A DNA stretch of 44,846 nucleotides, counting the filler, from Catajapyx aquilonaris (lineage: Eukaryota), in NCBI GenBank assembly GCA_000934665.2. It is 2 parts of 2 records of this genome, joined end to end, with 100 filler letters (N's around TTAATTAATTAA, not from the genome) between each part and the next. Parts side by side here need not be neighbours in the genome. Positions count along the whole stretch, not along the records: positions 1 to 22,343 come from JYFJ02005877.1; positions 22,444 to 44,846 come from JYFJ02005878.1. One strand, written 5' to 3'. Positions 10,547 to 23,070 of the stretch are shown here, piece by piece. How positions within the stretch are numbered: position 1 is the stretch's first letter; every line of letters begins with the position of its first letter. The translations under genes were made by a program, and so were the position numbers. Under the pieces are notes generated by a model that did no database searches, was not told the DNA's origin, and saw nothing but the letters and a program-made list of their open reading frames with translations.

Positions 10547-12545
10547 TTAAGAGGGGGAAGAGTGTCCAACTTCCAAGATAGACAGGTGTCCAACTTAGCA
10601 GCATTGCAAGGGATAGGCTTTTTGACGGTTCCAAAAATAATGTCCAACACTGATAAGGAGGTGGCCAACGTATTAAGGTGTCCAACTTGACAGGTTTCAC
10701 TGTACAAATATTATGGCAAATTACTACAGTACTACTACTACTAAGATTATAACCTCAGATCAGCATGTGGCTTTTCAATGGGTCTTCTTTTACGTTACCT
10801 ATTTGAACACCGCAATATTGATGGATTTTGCTATTACTATTTGTACATTATTAAATACAGCAGTATTTTATTTATTATTATCATGGTGGGCATTAAGTGC
10901 TTTCTCAGGGGAACACCCCCAAACTTACATACCTTGTTAATAAATTCAACATCACTGAGCTGCATTATATGGCACTATTGCATCGCTTCCATTCAAAATG
11001 CATCGAATATTTGTTTTTTTGGAAATGAGTTACAAATCAGGATCCAGGGAGCAGTGGAGTCCTTCATCCCCTCATCATCCTGACCCCCCACCTATTCCAA
11101 AAAGCAGTAACTTGGGAAAGATGGGGAAGTAATGCAGGTGGAATAAATAACATCGAGTGATATGACAGGAATAACTCCCTTCAAAGTGAATTATGCGGAG
11201 GAAATGGGTGGATCAACTGAGTGCAGCAACTCGGTGCGTAGCTGAATTTGGCACACATTTTCACACGTTACATGCCAAAGTTGCTGCGCTTTAATCTGCA
11301 TTCTTTCTCAGCAGTGGGTGCCATGTAATGCAGCTCACTGAAAGCATGTATTATTCCAACATGCAAAAAACTACTACCGGTAACATAGAAACTTGTTCAA
11401 TATCACAGCTGACATGACCATCCAATAAATACAGGTAACTATTTAAATTTACCAGCGTAATCTACCAAAATTATTGCAGTAACACTCCATTGGTAACAAA
11501 TTCCCAACAAATGGTGATGGCAAAGCTGTGACATTGTTAAAAGATTACTTTTTTGGGGTGTCTAATTGGCAATTAAAATATGACAGTTGGAACTTTCACA
11601 TTACAATGTCAACAACAAATGTACAACTCTCCATTTTTCAGGGCTCACACCATAACATCTCATCTCCTACTGTCCTCCAGACTCTCCCTTTTAAACGTAG
11701 TTAAAATTAATCTGAACTGTTTCAAAACAGCCTGGAGCAACACCTCATGAAATGTTTACTTTCGTTTGCACACGCTACTGAAAATCAGTGCATTTTATGA
11801 GGGAAGTGACTTGGTGTGTCATGTAGTCGTAAGCCCAAGATGTGTTGGAAAGTGATGGAAAGTAGCAGTCCATTTATAAGACGGTTACTGCACCCAGGCA
11901 TTACCAATGCACTCCTGCGCATTGATCTTGTGAATCACTCCAGGTCGCTATGCCAATGTGATAGTAACGGAGCAATACTTTACAACACTTGGCCATTTCT
12001 CGATTGAATAACACTGCCACACTACAGACATGCGGCTTTAGAATATCTTACTGTCTATTTGTATTGATGGTTTACCCTAGGCTAGAGCGTTGGCCACCCT
12101 TTGCCTAATTGCCTGCAGCAAATATCAAATTTGAGCCTGACATTACATAGGAAGTGGTATCAACTGGTATCACCTGTTAGTAAGAGTACATGTATCAAAG
12201 TTACCTAGGATATAACTCGAGGTTAATAATTTGCAGGCGCTAGCCTAGATTTTACTCGTATTATTAGGAACTTACGCACGTGGTTGGCAAACAGGCCCAC
12301 ACCAGACAATCGGAAGTGGCCTTCCACAATCCACCAGCAAAATAGCAATCAGCAGTTCCACTCCTTTCAGGAAGGTATCACAGATGGCGTTAGTGGAACA
12401 AGTGCACAATTTTTCAGGTAGATGTTGCTGAATGCTCCTTTCTAAATGGGCAGTCCGAGGCGCAAAATTCAAGCATTGCTCAATTTTAATACATATCCAT
12501 GTACTGATTGGCATTTGCTCAATTTATTTTGCTACCTAATGCTTT

Positions 12546-12778
12546 GTAGGTCAATTTCTATACATTTTATTGGCATTTAAAGAACATTGATAAATTGACA
12601 ATAGTGAAAAATGCCCAGTAGGCCCCTACTGAACATTCAGTTGAGGTTCGATCAGTGAACATCTGCATAGAACGCTGGACTCTCTTGAACATTCAGTGAC
12701 AGTTCATGTCCAATGGAATTAGTGCCATATGCTCTCAAAGCAAAAATACAATCAGATATAATGGAAAAATTGACCTAC
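12546..12778. mobile_element. Small MITE-like element
   Basis: GTAGGTCAATTT...AAATTGACCTAC inverted ends, with internal TGAACATTCAGT repeats. Confidence 0.45.
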
Positions 12779-14870
12779 TGAATTATTAGTTATTACAAAA
12801 TTGTCCTGGAGTGACCGGGGGGGAATAGGTATAGGTGGAACAGATGATTGGACAGCCTAATCACTAAATTACTGTAGACTTGGTGAGGTACGTAGGAAAA
12901 CAGGCAATATTGTATGTGGACATCCACACATTGCTGGCAGGATGGAAGGAAGAAAAATTAAACAGGGAGAGGGGATGGGGCGCTTAATTTTGTCTTTCGT
13001 CGGCATGCGTGTAAGTGACGTAAGTTGAGTACGTAAAGGGACTATATATCTACCTGGATCAGAAAAATGACGCACACACACAAAAACTCGCGCGCTAAGC
13101 ATGGAGAACGGGGCTTGACCGCATTCTCTTCGTCTTAGTGGTTATGCAATAATTTCAGCTGACGCAATGAGAAAAATGCAATAGTAAGTATTTTTGAATG
13201 TCAGTCGTCGTAGACATGAATTTGTCCATTCTTGAACAATGCATAAAATGAGTAACACATAAAATGGCCTGTAATTTGGATTTTCTACTCATTTCTTGAA
13301 ACATTTATTGTGACTCTTAGTGCACTTCATGAATACTTTATCTGCATAAAAATACAGCATAAATAACAACTTCGTGTAACTATCAAAAGAATTATTTTTA
13401 TGTTGCCATTCTTAACAAGGCCTTTAATTATTAAAACGATGGCACACCCCGCCACTATAATGTCAATAACAACATTGTTCCCTGCGAAGAACGGTAAAAA
13501 AAATGAACAACAGGCCTTTTCATAATGCTCAGCGTATAACTATACGTTTTACAAGTTCGTGGCTTAAAGCAATAAAACAAGACATTTTAAAAATGTATTT
13601 TTATTTTTTTCCATAAAACCGAGGACTGTGGCACAGTTTTTTTTATAACTCATAGCCTACGTATACAGGTATACTCCATGGCATGTGAAGTTGGTAGGTC
13701 TACATTAATAACTAACAGGCAAATATGACACTGTAGTTTGTTATTATGGAGCACTATTATCAGATAGTGTCGAATGTTTGACTGCACGAAACCCATTATC
13801 ATGCTAGGACGCATGGTCTCCAGCCGCTAATATTTCAACCCAAGCGGAAAAATGAATTTGGCAAGAACCCGTATCACCATTGCGCAAAGGGCATGAGAAC
13901 AAGCTATTATGCGCACTCGGAAGTGAGTAGGCTATCTACGCATCCGCATTCGCACATGAACACCACATGCCTGCGAGATAATATCTGCCAAGATTTGGAG
14001 CGCCATATATTTATGTAGGGCGTCAGATAATTAATTTGGGGCCACTGCGTAATATGAAAACTCACAGGACTGCATTTCGAACGGCCAACTGGCAAAGTTA
14101 AGTGCGGATCGAGTGACGACATCGGGTCTCACCTATGTGTCTATGCATGCATGGTTTTGGTCACGTACAGTATATTACAGGTGGCATGGCCTAAGCCAGG
14201 TGAACGGATGTTGATAAATGGGATGCAAAAGCGATGCCAGATGTTGGCAAACGGGACAACGACTTAAGATGCTCCCAAGGAGCTTGTGGAGTCCTTTCTG
14301 CAAGTTCATATGACGGTGTCCGTGGCGCCAGATTTCTTTGATACGACATTGGAGTGAGGAAAGTTCACCTTGGATATCGAGCGCCATGTTGGCCACTAGA
14401 TATATTAGGAGGCAGGTGCTTGTTCACCTGTCGGACATATACCAATCCAGAGGCAGAATTCCAATGTAAAAGTATAATACTCAATGTCACCGGGTCATTT
14501 CTACCTGAATGATCTATAATCTATAGTATATCTATCTGAGCATGGAAAGGTCTCAAGCGGGTCACATAAGTTTATCTTTTCAATATTCTATAGGGGACAA
14601 AAAATGCTGCAAAAAGTATACTACTGATTCATAGCAAATCATTTTAGTCGGCAGTTTAATTCCAACTTAATGCTACCTTTGGATGACCCCCCTGCCTTAC
14701 AGGACTAAAATGGCATTTTGGGATCCATCTTTAACATAGTGTCGTCTAATTCCGAATCTGTTCACTCTTTACCAGGTGGTCATCACATTCATTTTCCCAC
14801 ACAATTGCAAACGTGAGGCCTGTTGTTTTATCGTCCTCTTCGTCACGTACCGGCGGTAATTTGTTGTTCA

Positions 14871-15153
14871 CACTTAACTGGTGACCTGGGGTCTTTCAAC
14901 ACCCCGGGTGCAATTTTTTTGTTATAAAATGTTTAATTGTAGTTAGGTATGTAATTTTTTAAATTCCGTTCTACGGCAGCTTGAGAGTTGAAAATTAAAC
15001 CAAATTGTAGAAAACAGTTGCAGGTGTTGTGTAAAAAAATTAAAAAGCAAATATATATCATTAAATGCAATTTATATTTAAAAAATCCCCTGGGGTCTTT
15101 AAACACCCCAGGTCACCGTGAGTGTTAGGATTTTCCAGGTCACTAGTTAAGGG
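14871..15153. mobile_element. piggyBac-like MITE
   Basis: CACTTAACTGGTGACCTGG...CCAGGTCACTAGTTAAGGG|TTAA. Duplicated subterminal CCTGGGGTCTTT(C/A)AACACCCC. Confidence 0.75.
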
Positions 15154-15972
15154 TTAAAAGAGCGACAGTATAGTTATTGAAGAGTTTCACTTATTAATCA
15201 TCGTCTGAATCCTTTTGCATGCGGAGAACATAGCAGTGTTATAAACTCAGTTGTTGTTATATGTTCGGCCGTCGTTAGAAGTGGGAGCCACTATATGACT
15301 GTATATAGTTGCCTATTATGTATAGCTTCCAGGATTGCAGGTAACGTTCGGCTTGAACACTATGGTAATAAATCTAATGATTACAATATTGGTATGAATA
15401 AAAGTACTATCAGTGCCTCATGAAATAATATTGTTTCAAACTCGATAATCGTCGTGTACAGAGCCAAAGACATGCCCAAGTTCGTGCATGAGCATTCTGC
15501 CTGTCATGGGAGGTGGGATCTGCTTAAAGTAACTGTTACTCATGCTGACGATTACCGTATTTTGATCCGTTACTTTTCTTTTGTGTCTGATGAAAAAGAT
15601 CCGTCATCTCCAGCAGCTACGGGATAGGATTGCAACGATAAAGTCACACGGCACGTCTGAGCGGGTTAGACACGACACCGATTACCATTTGCCGAGTGAC
15701 AAATGGAGCCCATATCGAAACAAACTATAAGGTGGGACCAAAACTTCAGGCATTTTTTTGCATTTTAAACTTAAAATCATTTAGATATACAGTATGTCTA
15801 CAAGTTTTCGAGTTATCGGGTTTCATAATCCTAGAATTCTTTTTCGATGACCCTGTACTATGGGGAATAAAGTAAACTCAGATCCGTATTGGTGGATTTG
15901 CATATAGGCTTGCATCTGTCGCTTCATCTTCAAGTGCTCTGGCATGGAGTTATATTTATGCTTTCTTTTCAG

Positions 15973-16800
15973 TTAAAGGCAGCTTCCACCCTTCGCTTTA
16001 TTGGAATGAAACCCACTTCGGACAAGTAGCCACGACAATAGCTGCATGCCATGCTTACTTATAATAATTTCCGTGGTGCCTTGTGTCAAGTGCATGACAT
16101 ATGACAACTCCGCGTCTCGGTGAGCTTCTTATCGCCTTCAGATGTCGTGATGGGTTATCCGGCGACGCTACGGTGTCATCGTTACCAGGAATTTGTCCGG
16201 TCGGGCCCGGCCGGATCGAATAAAATATCTCCTCAAATATTACATATTTTTCTGGTTTAATTTTTGTAAACTATACCTCTGATATACACCTCGGGACATG
16301 TTTTTAATTAACTGAATATGTTTGTATACACGGAAGTTATGAGCACTTTTATGGCAAATTCCTATTCCCGGACCGGGCCCGAAAGGACAAATTCTCGCAG
16401 TAACGTTCAGAAAAGGGGGTCCGGGTAGGATATGCCTTTTAATGTTGGTTCCAGTATATGCTGTATTTACTTGCCATTAATAACTTACATTATATTATTT
16501 CCTAGCTTCCATTCCAAGCAGGAATAATCATATAGTTTCCCAATGCTTCCAACGGCCTGCTTCTCTTTAAATAGCTGCTGGGGTAGAGAATCAATCACTT
16601 ATCCTCCTACTCTCATCCTCTTCGACTGTGTATTTTTTCACACGTTCGAAATTTTGCAAGGACACATCCGCATGTGATGTATTGGCGTCAAAAACCTCGT
16701 GGAGTGATTCTCTGAGTTGTTAGTTTCTGTGTTGATAGAAGTGTAGCCAAAGCAGAGTCAATTAATTTCAAGCGTCGTAGCTAGTACAATATTTACACCT
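15973..16800 (+). pseudogene. Possible decayed ionotropic receptor (IR/iGluR-like) relic 1
   Basis: Ordered fragments SLYWNETHFGQV (about 15995), VI|FRK split by the 16180 MITE, MPFNVG (16432), LLFK*LLG*RINHLSSYSHPLRLCIF (about 16560) and KPRGV..SELLVS. Many stops and frameshifts. Confidence 0.28.
16180..16405. mobile_element. MITE with about 32-bp imperfect TIRs
   Basis: CGTTACCAGGAATTTGTCCGGTCGGGCCCGG pairs with CCGGGCCCGAAAGGACAAATTCTCGCAGTAACG. Confidence 0.7.
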
Positions 16801-19800
16801 CTTCAGCCAAGTTCATTCATTAGGGCAATCCTCCCGCGGTCTAGCATATAGAAAGAGGTCGCGTGAGTCATTGCAGTTACATATGCTTGCTGCATGTCAT
16901 GAAGGTTTGCAGGATATGTACAGTACAGTAGTGTTTTATATAACAAGGTTCAACAACCCTCGCATTGGAAACATTGCTTATGTCTTTACGCCAACTGTAT
17001 CAGTTCAACAAAATAATTCAGTCATTCACGTATAGTCTGTACTGTACTATTGTTAGTTCGTTCCAAGAGAGAGAGAGGAAGAGAGAAACCTGGTGCATTT
17101 TATTCCGAGCCTGGTGCGATTATTATTAATGATAAGGTTCGAGCATGTTAATAAGTGCGTATTCCTCATTGAAGGGTAAAAATATGACGAATAAAACATA
17201 CTTGGCATAAAGGTATCCAACATGAATAATTTGGAACAAAAACGTGCTATTCCAATGATGGTAGTTTTGAGAAAGAAATTTAATTAACTGCCCAGTTTCT
17301 GAACTATTTTTAGAAACTTCTCGACGATCAAGACAAGGGCAGCTAGGCACTTTTCCTCTTTCCATCCTCTTTCCATCACCTTTCTATTATAAGTTTTTAA
17401 TAATCACAACAAACTTCCTCAACTGAAGACCGGCATTCGCGATGTTTATCTACATGTGTCACATTCCGTAGCCTATATAGTAGACTACAGTCATACAGTA
17501 GGGTAACACTTTTTTCCAGGTGCGAGTATTTCAAATGTTATGTGAACGCTGTATAAGTCGATGATTTTATAGTTAGTACTAAAATATGGTGTAGGCCTAC
17601 AGTGGCTTGAAGATGTTGCCACTGTTCATAACTCAAGAAGGTCAAAACTGTGGCATAGCAAGTTTTGGTTCTCAATATCATTTTATTGAAAGCACCATCC
17701 AACAACAATATTATTTTGGAGTGTATATAAAATAATTTACGCATGTTGTGGTCATAAATACACTATTCCATTTATTAAAATACTCTATGTACCTTACATC
17801 ACTATAGGCAGCAAGACCTCATTACAGCATGCAGAAGCAATATTGATTCGCCCATAATCCCCGTATGAATAATAATTGTAGGACAATCCTGCTGGATAGA
17901 CCATTCAAAAACGGACACTTTCTAGCTCTTATTCACAAAACTTATCGGGTCTGAAGTACTATTGGTCAACAACTTGAATAATTATTGTTGTTAAAATGCC
18001 AAAAACCAACAACTTTATGTGTACATAGTGTGTTATACTAATTCCCAAAATAAAATTGTGAACGTATGGTATATTGCCTATTGGTGCTGTGATCATCAAA
18101 GATAGCTATAGTAGAATTATTTCTTCAATCATTTATTGCAGTAGAAATAATGTTCATAATCTGAGAAAATAATGTCGCGAATAAAGAAATGACACAAAAA
18201 TGTCCGAAATGTAAAGTAAATTATAGCAATGTTTCATATTGGCCACCCGAGTAATTTTGAGCGACCTATTTTTGTGTCTGGCGTGAACTAAAATAACTAC
18301 TCCGTCCACAAAATTAATATGTGCGGTAAGCTGGGTCTTGGACCAAAATATAGATCAGAATTATGTACGAATATTGCTGCACGAGATATAGACTTATTCA
18401 CTGATTACCATGTGAAACTGCAGGCGTGTACAAAATGATTATCAGATGCAATATATTCACAATATACCGTAGTCATGTGGAATTCATATACCGGTATATA
18501 GCCTACGTACTGTATAAGTTATATGCCACTAAAACACTGTAAGAGTTGAACTATAGGCATTCTTTATTAGTTTCTCCTTTTTGTGCAAAATTAGTTCACA
18601 GGTTTGCAATAATTTTAGTCAGCAAAGGCATCACTTATTAAAAGTATCAACATTAAGTCACTGTATCGTAACTGATGATGTGGACATCATCGTAGACCAC
18701 ACAGTAAAAACGGAATGCCATCTGACTTATCGCCACGGTATTTGGACATTTATTAGACAGTAAATTAGCTTTAGGACACGACCACGAATTGCATTCTGTT
18801 GCTAAATGAAAGACATTTATAAACCCCCGCTTCCCAAAGTAGCTCATACCAGTACAAAATGAAATACTGCTTTATAATTAGAAGGGTCGCATAAAGGTTT
18901 TTGGGAGGAGCTATTTTGGTATGAGGTTAAGAATGGTTAGAATGAGATTTTGCAATAGGGTGACCGGCATTTCTCGAGCTTCTATGGTTTATTTTAAATA
19001 CTAAAAAGCGTATTTATGCAAGTGAGGGGATATAGACAGTCGTATATACAGTACATGCTGCGCGGAGATCTTCCAAGTAATGGGTTATTTATAATTACAC
19101 CTTGAAAACAGCAGGGCGCCGTTTTTTCTCTTTTCATGACATGTGAAATTAGAACTTGTTTGGCGCAGTGTCGTGTCGCAAAAGTTTCTATTGTTTTCCC
19201 ACTGAAACAACATAGTCTATCCCTTTATATGCCTTATGAGTAGAGTCGATTGAAAGTGCCTTCATTGGAATTTTTAACAACATCCCTTAGAAATAATTAT
19301 TTACACTTATGCAGGATATATTGATTGTTTTATTTCAATTTATTAAACAAGTAGGCCTACTTGTAATAATTTATTAATATTAACACATTCGATTGTTATT
19401 GATTTCGACATGTTGGCCTTCTCATTTGTTACAATCTGACAACTTCTGACACTGGTCCATACGCGCGCGATATCCCGCGATAACTAAAACATAATCAATT
19501 TTGTAAAATGCTCTATAGAGAACTTGAATAATGACATCCAGGTTCGGCCGGTACAGTACTGGTAGCCTACAAAGGCATTGACATGCGACTCGGACAATGA
19601 TTTCTATTCAATCTAATATTAGTAGTAATATTGTTGATAAATTACACCCTAAAATATTAAGTGTTCAGTAATAAGAAGTTTCGTGGCAAAAAAATCATTA
19701 ACCACTAAGAAAATTCTACACTGTAGGCTATATCCGAATATGAAACCTTACATCACTGTCCGCTAGAGTCGGTGAGCAAATCACAATTGGAACGTGTTGC

Positions 19801-19949
19801 ATAAGGAAGTGCTTATCAAAAAGATTCCTGAAAGTCTTGGCGAATATGTCAAGAGACAAAAGAACAGTGACGTCAAAGAAAAATAATGCTCCTCAAATGC
19901 ATGGTGAAAATAGTATTTTTGGCGTCATTTGGAGAGGATAGTATAGAAT

Positions 19950-21470
19950 ATCGTGTGGAACGAGATTAAAATGAGATCCTTATCGCTGGTCACAGACGCT
20001 GTCCTCTGTCGCCTCAACATGTCGCAGGAGAATGACTGCGAATTACTGAGTATTACATACCGTCGGAAACCCCATTTAAATGTCTTCCAATGGCATCTTT
20101 TACTCCCCGCCACACTCGTAGATAGCAGAGAGTGTAAGATGATTCGCGAGATTGTGACTGATACGAATCCGAGCTGACTTTTGTTCCACCTGGGTATATG
20201 TATAAGTGAGCCCCTTTGTCGCTCCTTCACGTGAACAGTGCGACGACAGTTTCATTTGGCAGCGGTGAAGGAATGTAGAAAACGTTGCTGCTGGTATGCG
20301 GACCAAATGGGGCGTAATCTGAGGATCAAAGTTCACATTGGTTAATATTAGACATAAACAAGCGCACTGTCAGCGCTTGCCAACAGTTGGCCAATACAGA
20401 AGTTGGTAATTAGTGCTTGGGGCAGGAGTATGTTCCGACATCGCCCACGTTACTGCAAAAATGCTGTCATCACAAGAATTGTGTGACGACGCAGTGGCGT
20501 TGGTTCCAAATCGGGCAAGTTCATCACACGCCTGGTACAACCTACTTGGGAATGCCCTTTTGGTGGGTCTGGATGATGAAACTCCTCCTGTGCAATATGA
20601 ATGAGAATGACCTATACCTTGTGGCACATGCCAGTCAAAGAGAATTCCGGCGTTCATTCCTATATGCTACTGATGAGAATCACACGTACCCTTAAGGTTC
20701 AAGGAGATACTGTATGAAACACTCTTTGTTAGCTTCTCCTGTGCCAAAGTGCTCATTCACTCTTGGCTATGTGCATGTGTACGATTACAAAACTGGTGCG
20801 ACTTTGTTATTTACGCGATGTTAGGTGTATACGTATGTGACATGCGTGCAGTGTCCGACAAATTAATGCTTCACTGGACTTACAGTTGGACTGTGTTATG
20901 CAATAATGAGTCAACCCACATGAGAACAGTTTTGAGAAAAGGGGCTTTGAAGGTCATACCTGTGAAATTAATTAAGTGTTCTTTTCGGTCATTTATGGCA
21001 GAAGTATGCATTTCACCAGCGTGATTTTGACTGACTTCGGATCCTTTAGTTCCTGGGCTTAGAACAATTTTGACATTTTTGTGGGTTGACAAATTATAGC
21101 ATAACACCGTCCAGTTAGTAGTTGTGTCCTCTATTCAAATCAACCACATATAAGTTTTTCACAATATCCTGACTGTCATAGCCACCCAAGCGCCTCTCTT
21201 GTTTAACGGGGAGTCTAAATATAAGGATAAACATGAATAAATGGGACTTTCATGCTTGCTGCGTCTCGTTTGTTCACTATGCCAATACCAGGGTCCCCTA
21301 CATGGTTGCCTCCCCCACCCTAACCAGGGTATTGTCTCCACGTAGTCCTTATGAGGCGTCCATATTGGAGCTAGATTGCATGTTGGAGGATAGGAAATTG
21401 GCAAGCGTCCAAAAAAAATTTTCAAGGACATTTTTTCACTGATGCAGATCCAATCTGATTTAGGTCCAAT
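19950..21470 (+). pseudogene. Possible decayed ionotropic receptor (IR/iGluR-like) relic 2
   Basis: Collinear IR-like motifs: FQWHLLL..LVDS, FIWQR*RN (20251), LGAGVCSDIA (about 20430), YLGMPFWWVW (20552, PFxxxVW-like M1), NWCDFVIYAMLG (20791, P-loop-like) and PRSPYEASI..MLEDRKL (21344, S2 SPY motif). Stops and frameshifts throughout. Confidence 0.4.
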
Positions 21471-21714
21471 ATGTCGGAGAGACAATACCCTGTCTAGGTG
21501 GGGGAGGAGGTTACCCTGGCCAATACAGGTTTCTATTTATTAATTTTTCCTCCACCTCTATACATAAAATTGTCAAGTTCCTGGACTCAGTAGGGCCTAT
21601 ACTCGTTAGCCTTCAGAACAACGGCAGTGTCTGGCGTGAAGCATGAAATAGGCATACGTAATTTACTATGGTCAAACGCTGAATCGTTATAACTGTATTG
21701 GTTACTGATTGTTG

Positions 21715-22307
21715 TATCAGGTGCATACCAAACTACCGCCATACCTTAGACACGCCATACTTATATTTTTTCTGAACCAAGTAGGTCGGCAGAGACATAT
21801 TATAGATAGAATCCTCCTGGAGCCGAATACACAGGCGTCATGGGTGTGAAACCTCTCCGTGCCCTCCAGGAAGAACTTTTTGGAGGTGCGGCACATCCAC
21901 TCCCGGACAGCTTCTTAGAGTCAACAAAGTCCTCGACATGGCGTCGGCGAAGTCGTTTTTTCATGGCTCTGAACAGGTGAAAGTTACTGGATTCCATATC
22001 GGGTGAGTACGGCGGGTGCATCTGCACCCAAACCCAGATTCAGGAAAACACCCCTTCGCCGACGCCACTTCGAGGACATTGTTTACAGTTGTTGACTGTG
22101 AGCAGTTGTCAGGTAGTGGGTTCGTCGCACCTCCAAAAGGTGGTTCCTGGAGGGTCTGGAGAGGTTGATACATCTGTTGTGGTACGGCATTCGGCTCCAG
22201 GAGGACTCTCTTTAATATAATGTGTCACTATCTGCCGACCTGCACGGGCACTATATTTGTGGAAAAAATAAATAAATTGCAAATCATTTTAGTATGGCCA
22301 TCGCATA
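21715..22307. mobile_element. Mariner-derived foldback element made of two inverted transposase 3' ends
   Basis: Minus strand encodes HPPYSPDMESSNFHLFRAMKKRLRRRH (mariner YSPDL motif). The plus arm 22040-22250 repeats the same C-terminal region. AGGTCGGCAGA..TCCTCCTGGAGCCGAAT pairs with ATTCGGCTCCAGGAGGA..TCTGCCGACCT. Confidence 0.8.
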
Positions 22308-22343
22308 TTGTATAGTATAGGTTTAAAATGATTTGAGATACAC

Positions 22344-22443
22344 NNNNNNNNNNNNNNNNNNNNNNNNNNNNNNNNNNNNNNNNNNNNTTAATTAATTAAN
22401 NNNNNNNNNNNNNNNNNNNNNNNNNNNNNNNNNNNNNNNNNNN
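22344..22443. other. Artificial assembly gap with six-frame-stop linker
   Basis: 44 N + TTAATTAATTAA (22388-22399) + 44 N, exactly 100 nt. Confidence 0.95.
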
Positions 22444-23070
22444 AAGCCACACATCATATGCAAATACCTTTAGACATTTTCAGGTACGGTATGATAATTT
22501 CAAAGTGGCGGCCATAGGTCACAAACTAGTGACCTTCTGAATATGACCCATCGTCTTAGCGACCTCCAATTATGCTACAAGGATACCAAACACGTCTACT
22601 ATTCGCTTACGGGTGGATATCCCCACCAAAAGGTTTAAGTTGAAACCCAATACGGCGCCCCACAGGTCACCGGATGCATTATTCCGAATTTTTATTGTCG
22701 TTTTCGGTTTCAGTGACATCAAATTATATCTAAACGAAACCTCACATGCCACCTTTTAGTCGCAAATACCATTCGACATGGCCCAGTAGGGTAATTTCAA
22801 GACGGAGGTCATAGGTCACAAACTAGTGACCTTATGACCTCCTTCATGTTACCAATCGACTTGGCGACCTCTAAATATGCGGAAATGACACCAACATTGC
22901 CATGGAGAGGCAATTTGGAATTTACAAAAAATAAATGACCTTTTTTTTCAAAAATGGCCGCCATTTGACCCCACAAGGTCAGGGGACAGGGTGCTGCGGG
23001 TCAAATTGATCGTCTTGGTCTATGGAACGTCTGTGCAAAGTGGCTTGCTTTCTGAAAGATTTTGCAGCAT
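22444..23070. repeat. Transposon-like element with about 297-bp internal tandem units
   Basis: CATAGGTCACAAACTAGTGACCTT occurs at 22513 and 22810, each with an AGGTCAC..GTGACCT hairpin. Ends with a CAAAAATGGCCGCCATTTG motif. Confidence 0.55.

Larger units (their letters stand above)
8688..10702. mobile_element. pogo/Tigger-like non-autonomous element with nested insertions
   Basis: TA|CAGTAAAACCTGTC...GACAGGTTTCACTG|TA. Subterminal TGTCCAAC/GTTGGACA repeats at both ends. Confidence 0.75.

Noticed and set aside
11650..12050. Possible piggyBac transposase C-terminal remnant
   Set aside because: The cysteine spacing is unconvincing and there are no TTAA/TIR boundaries.
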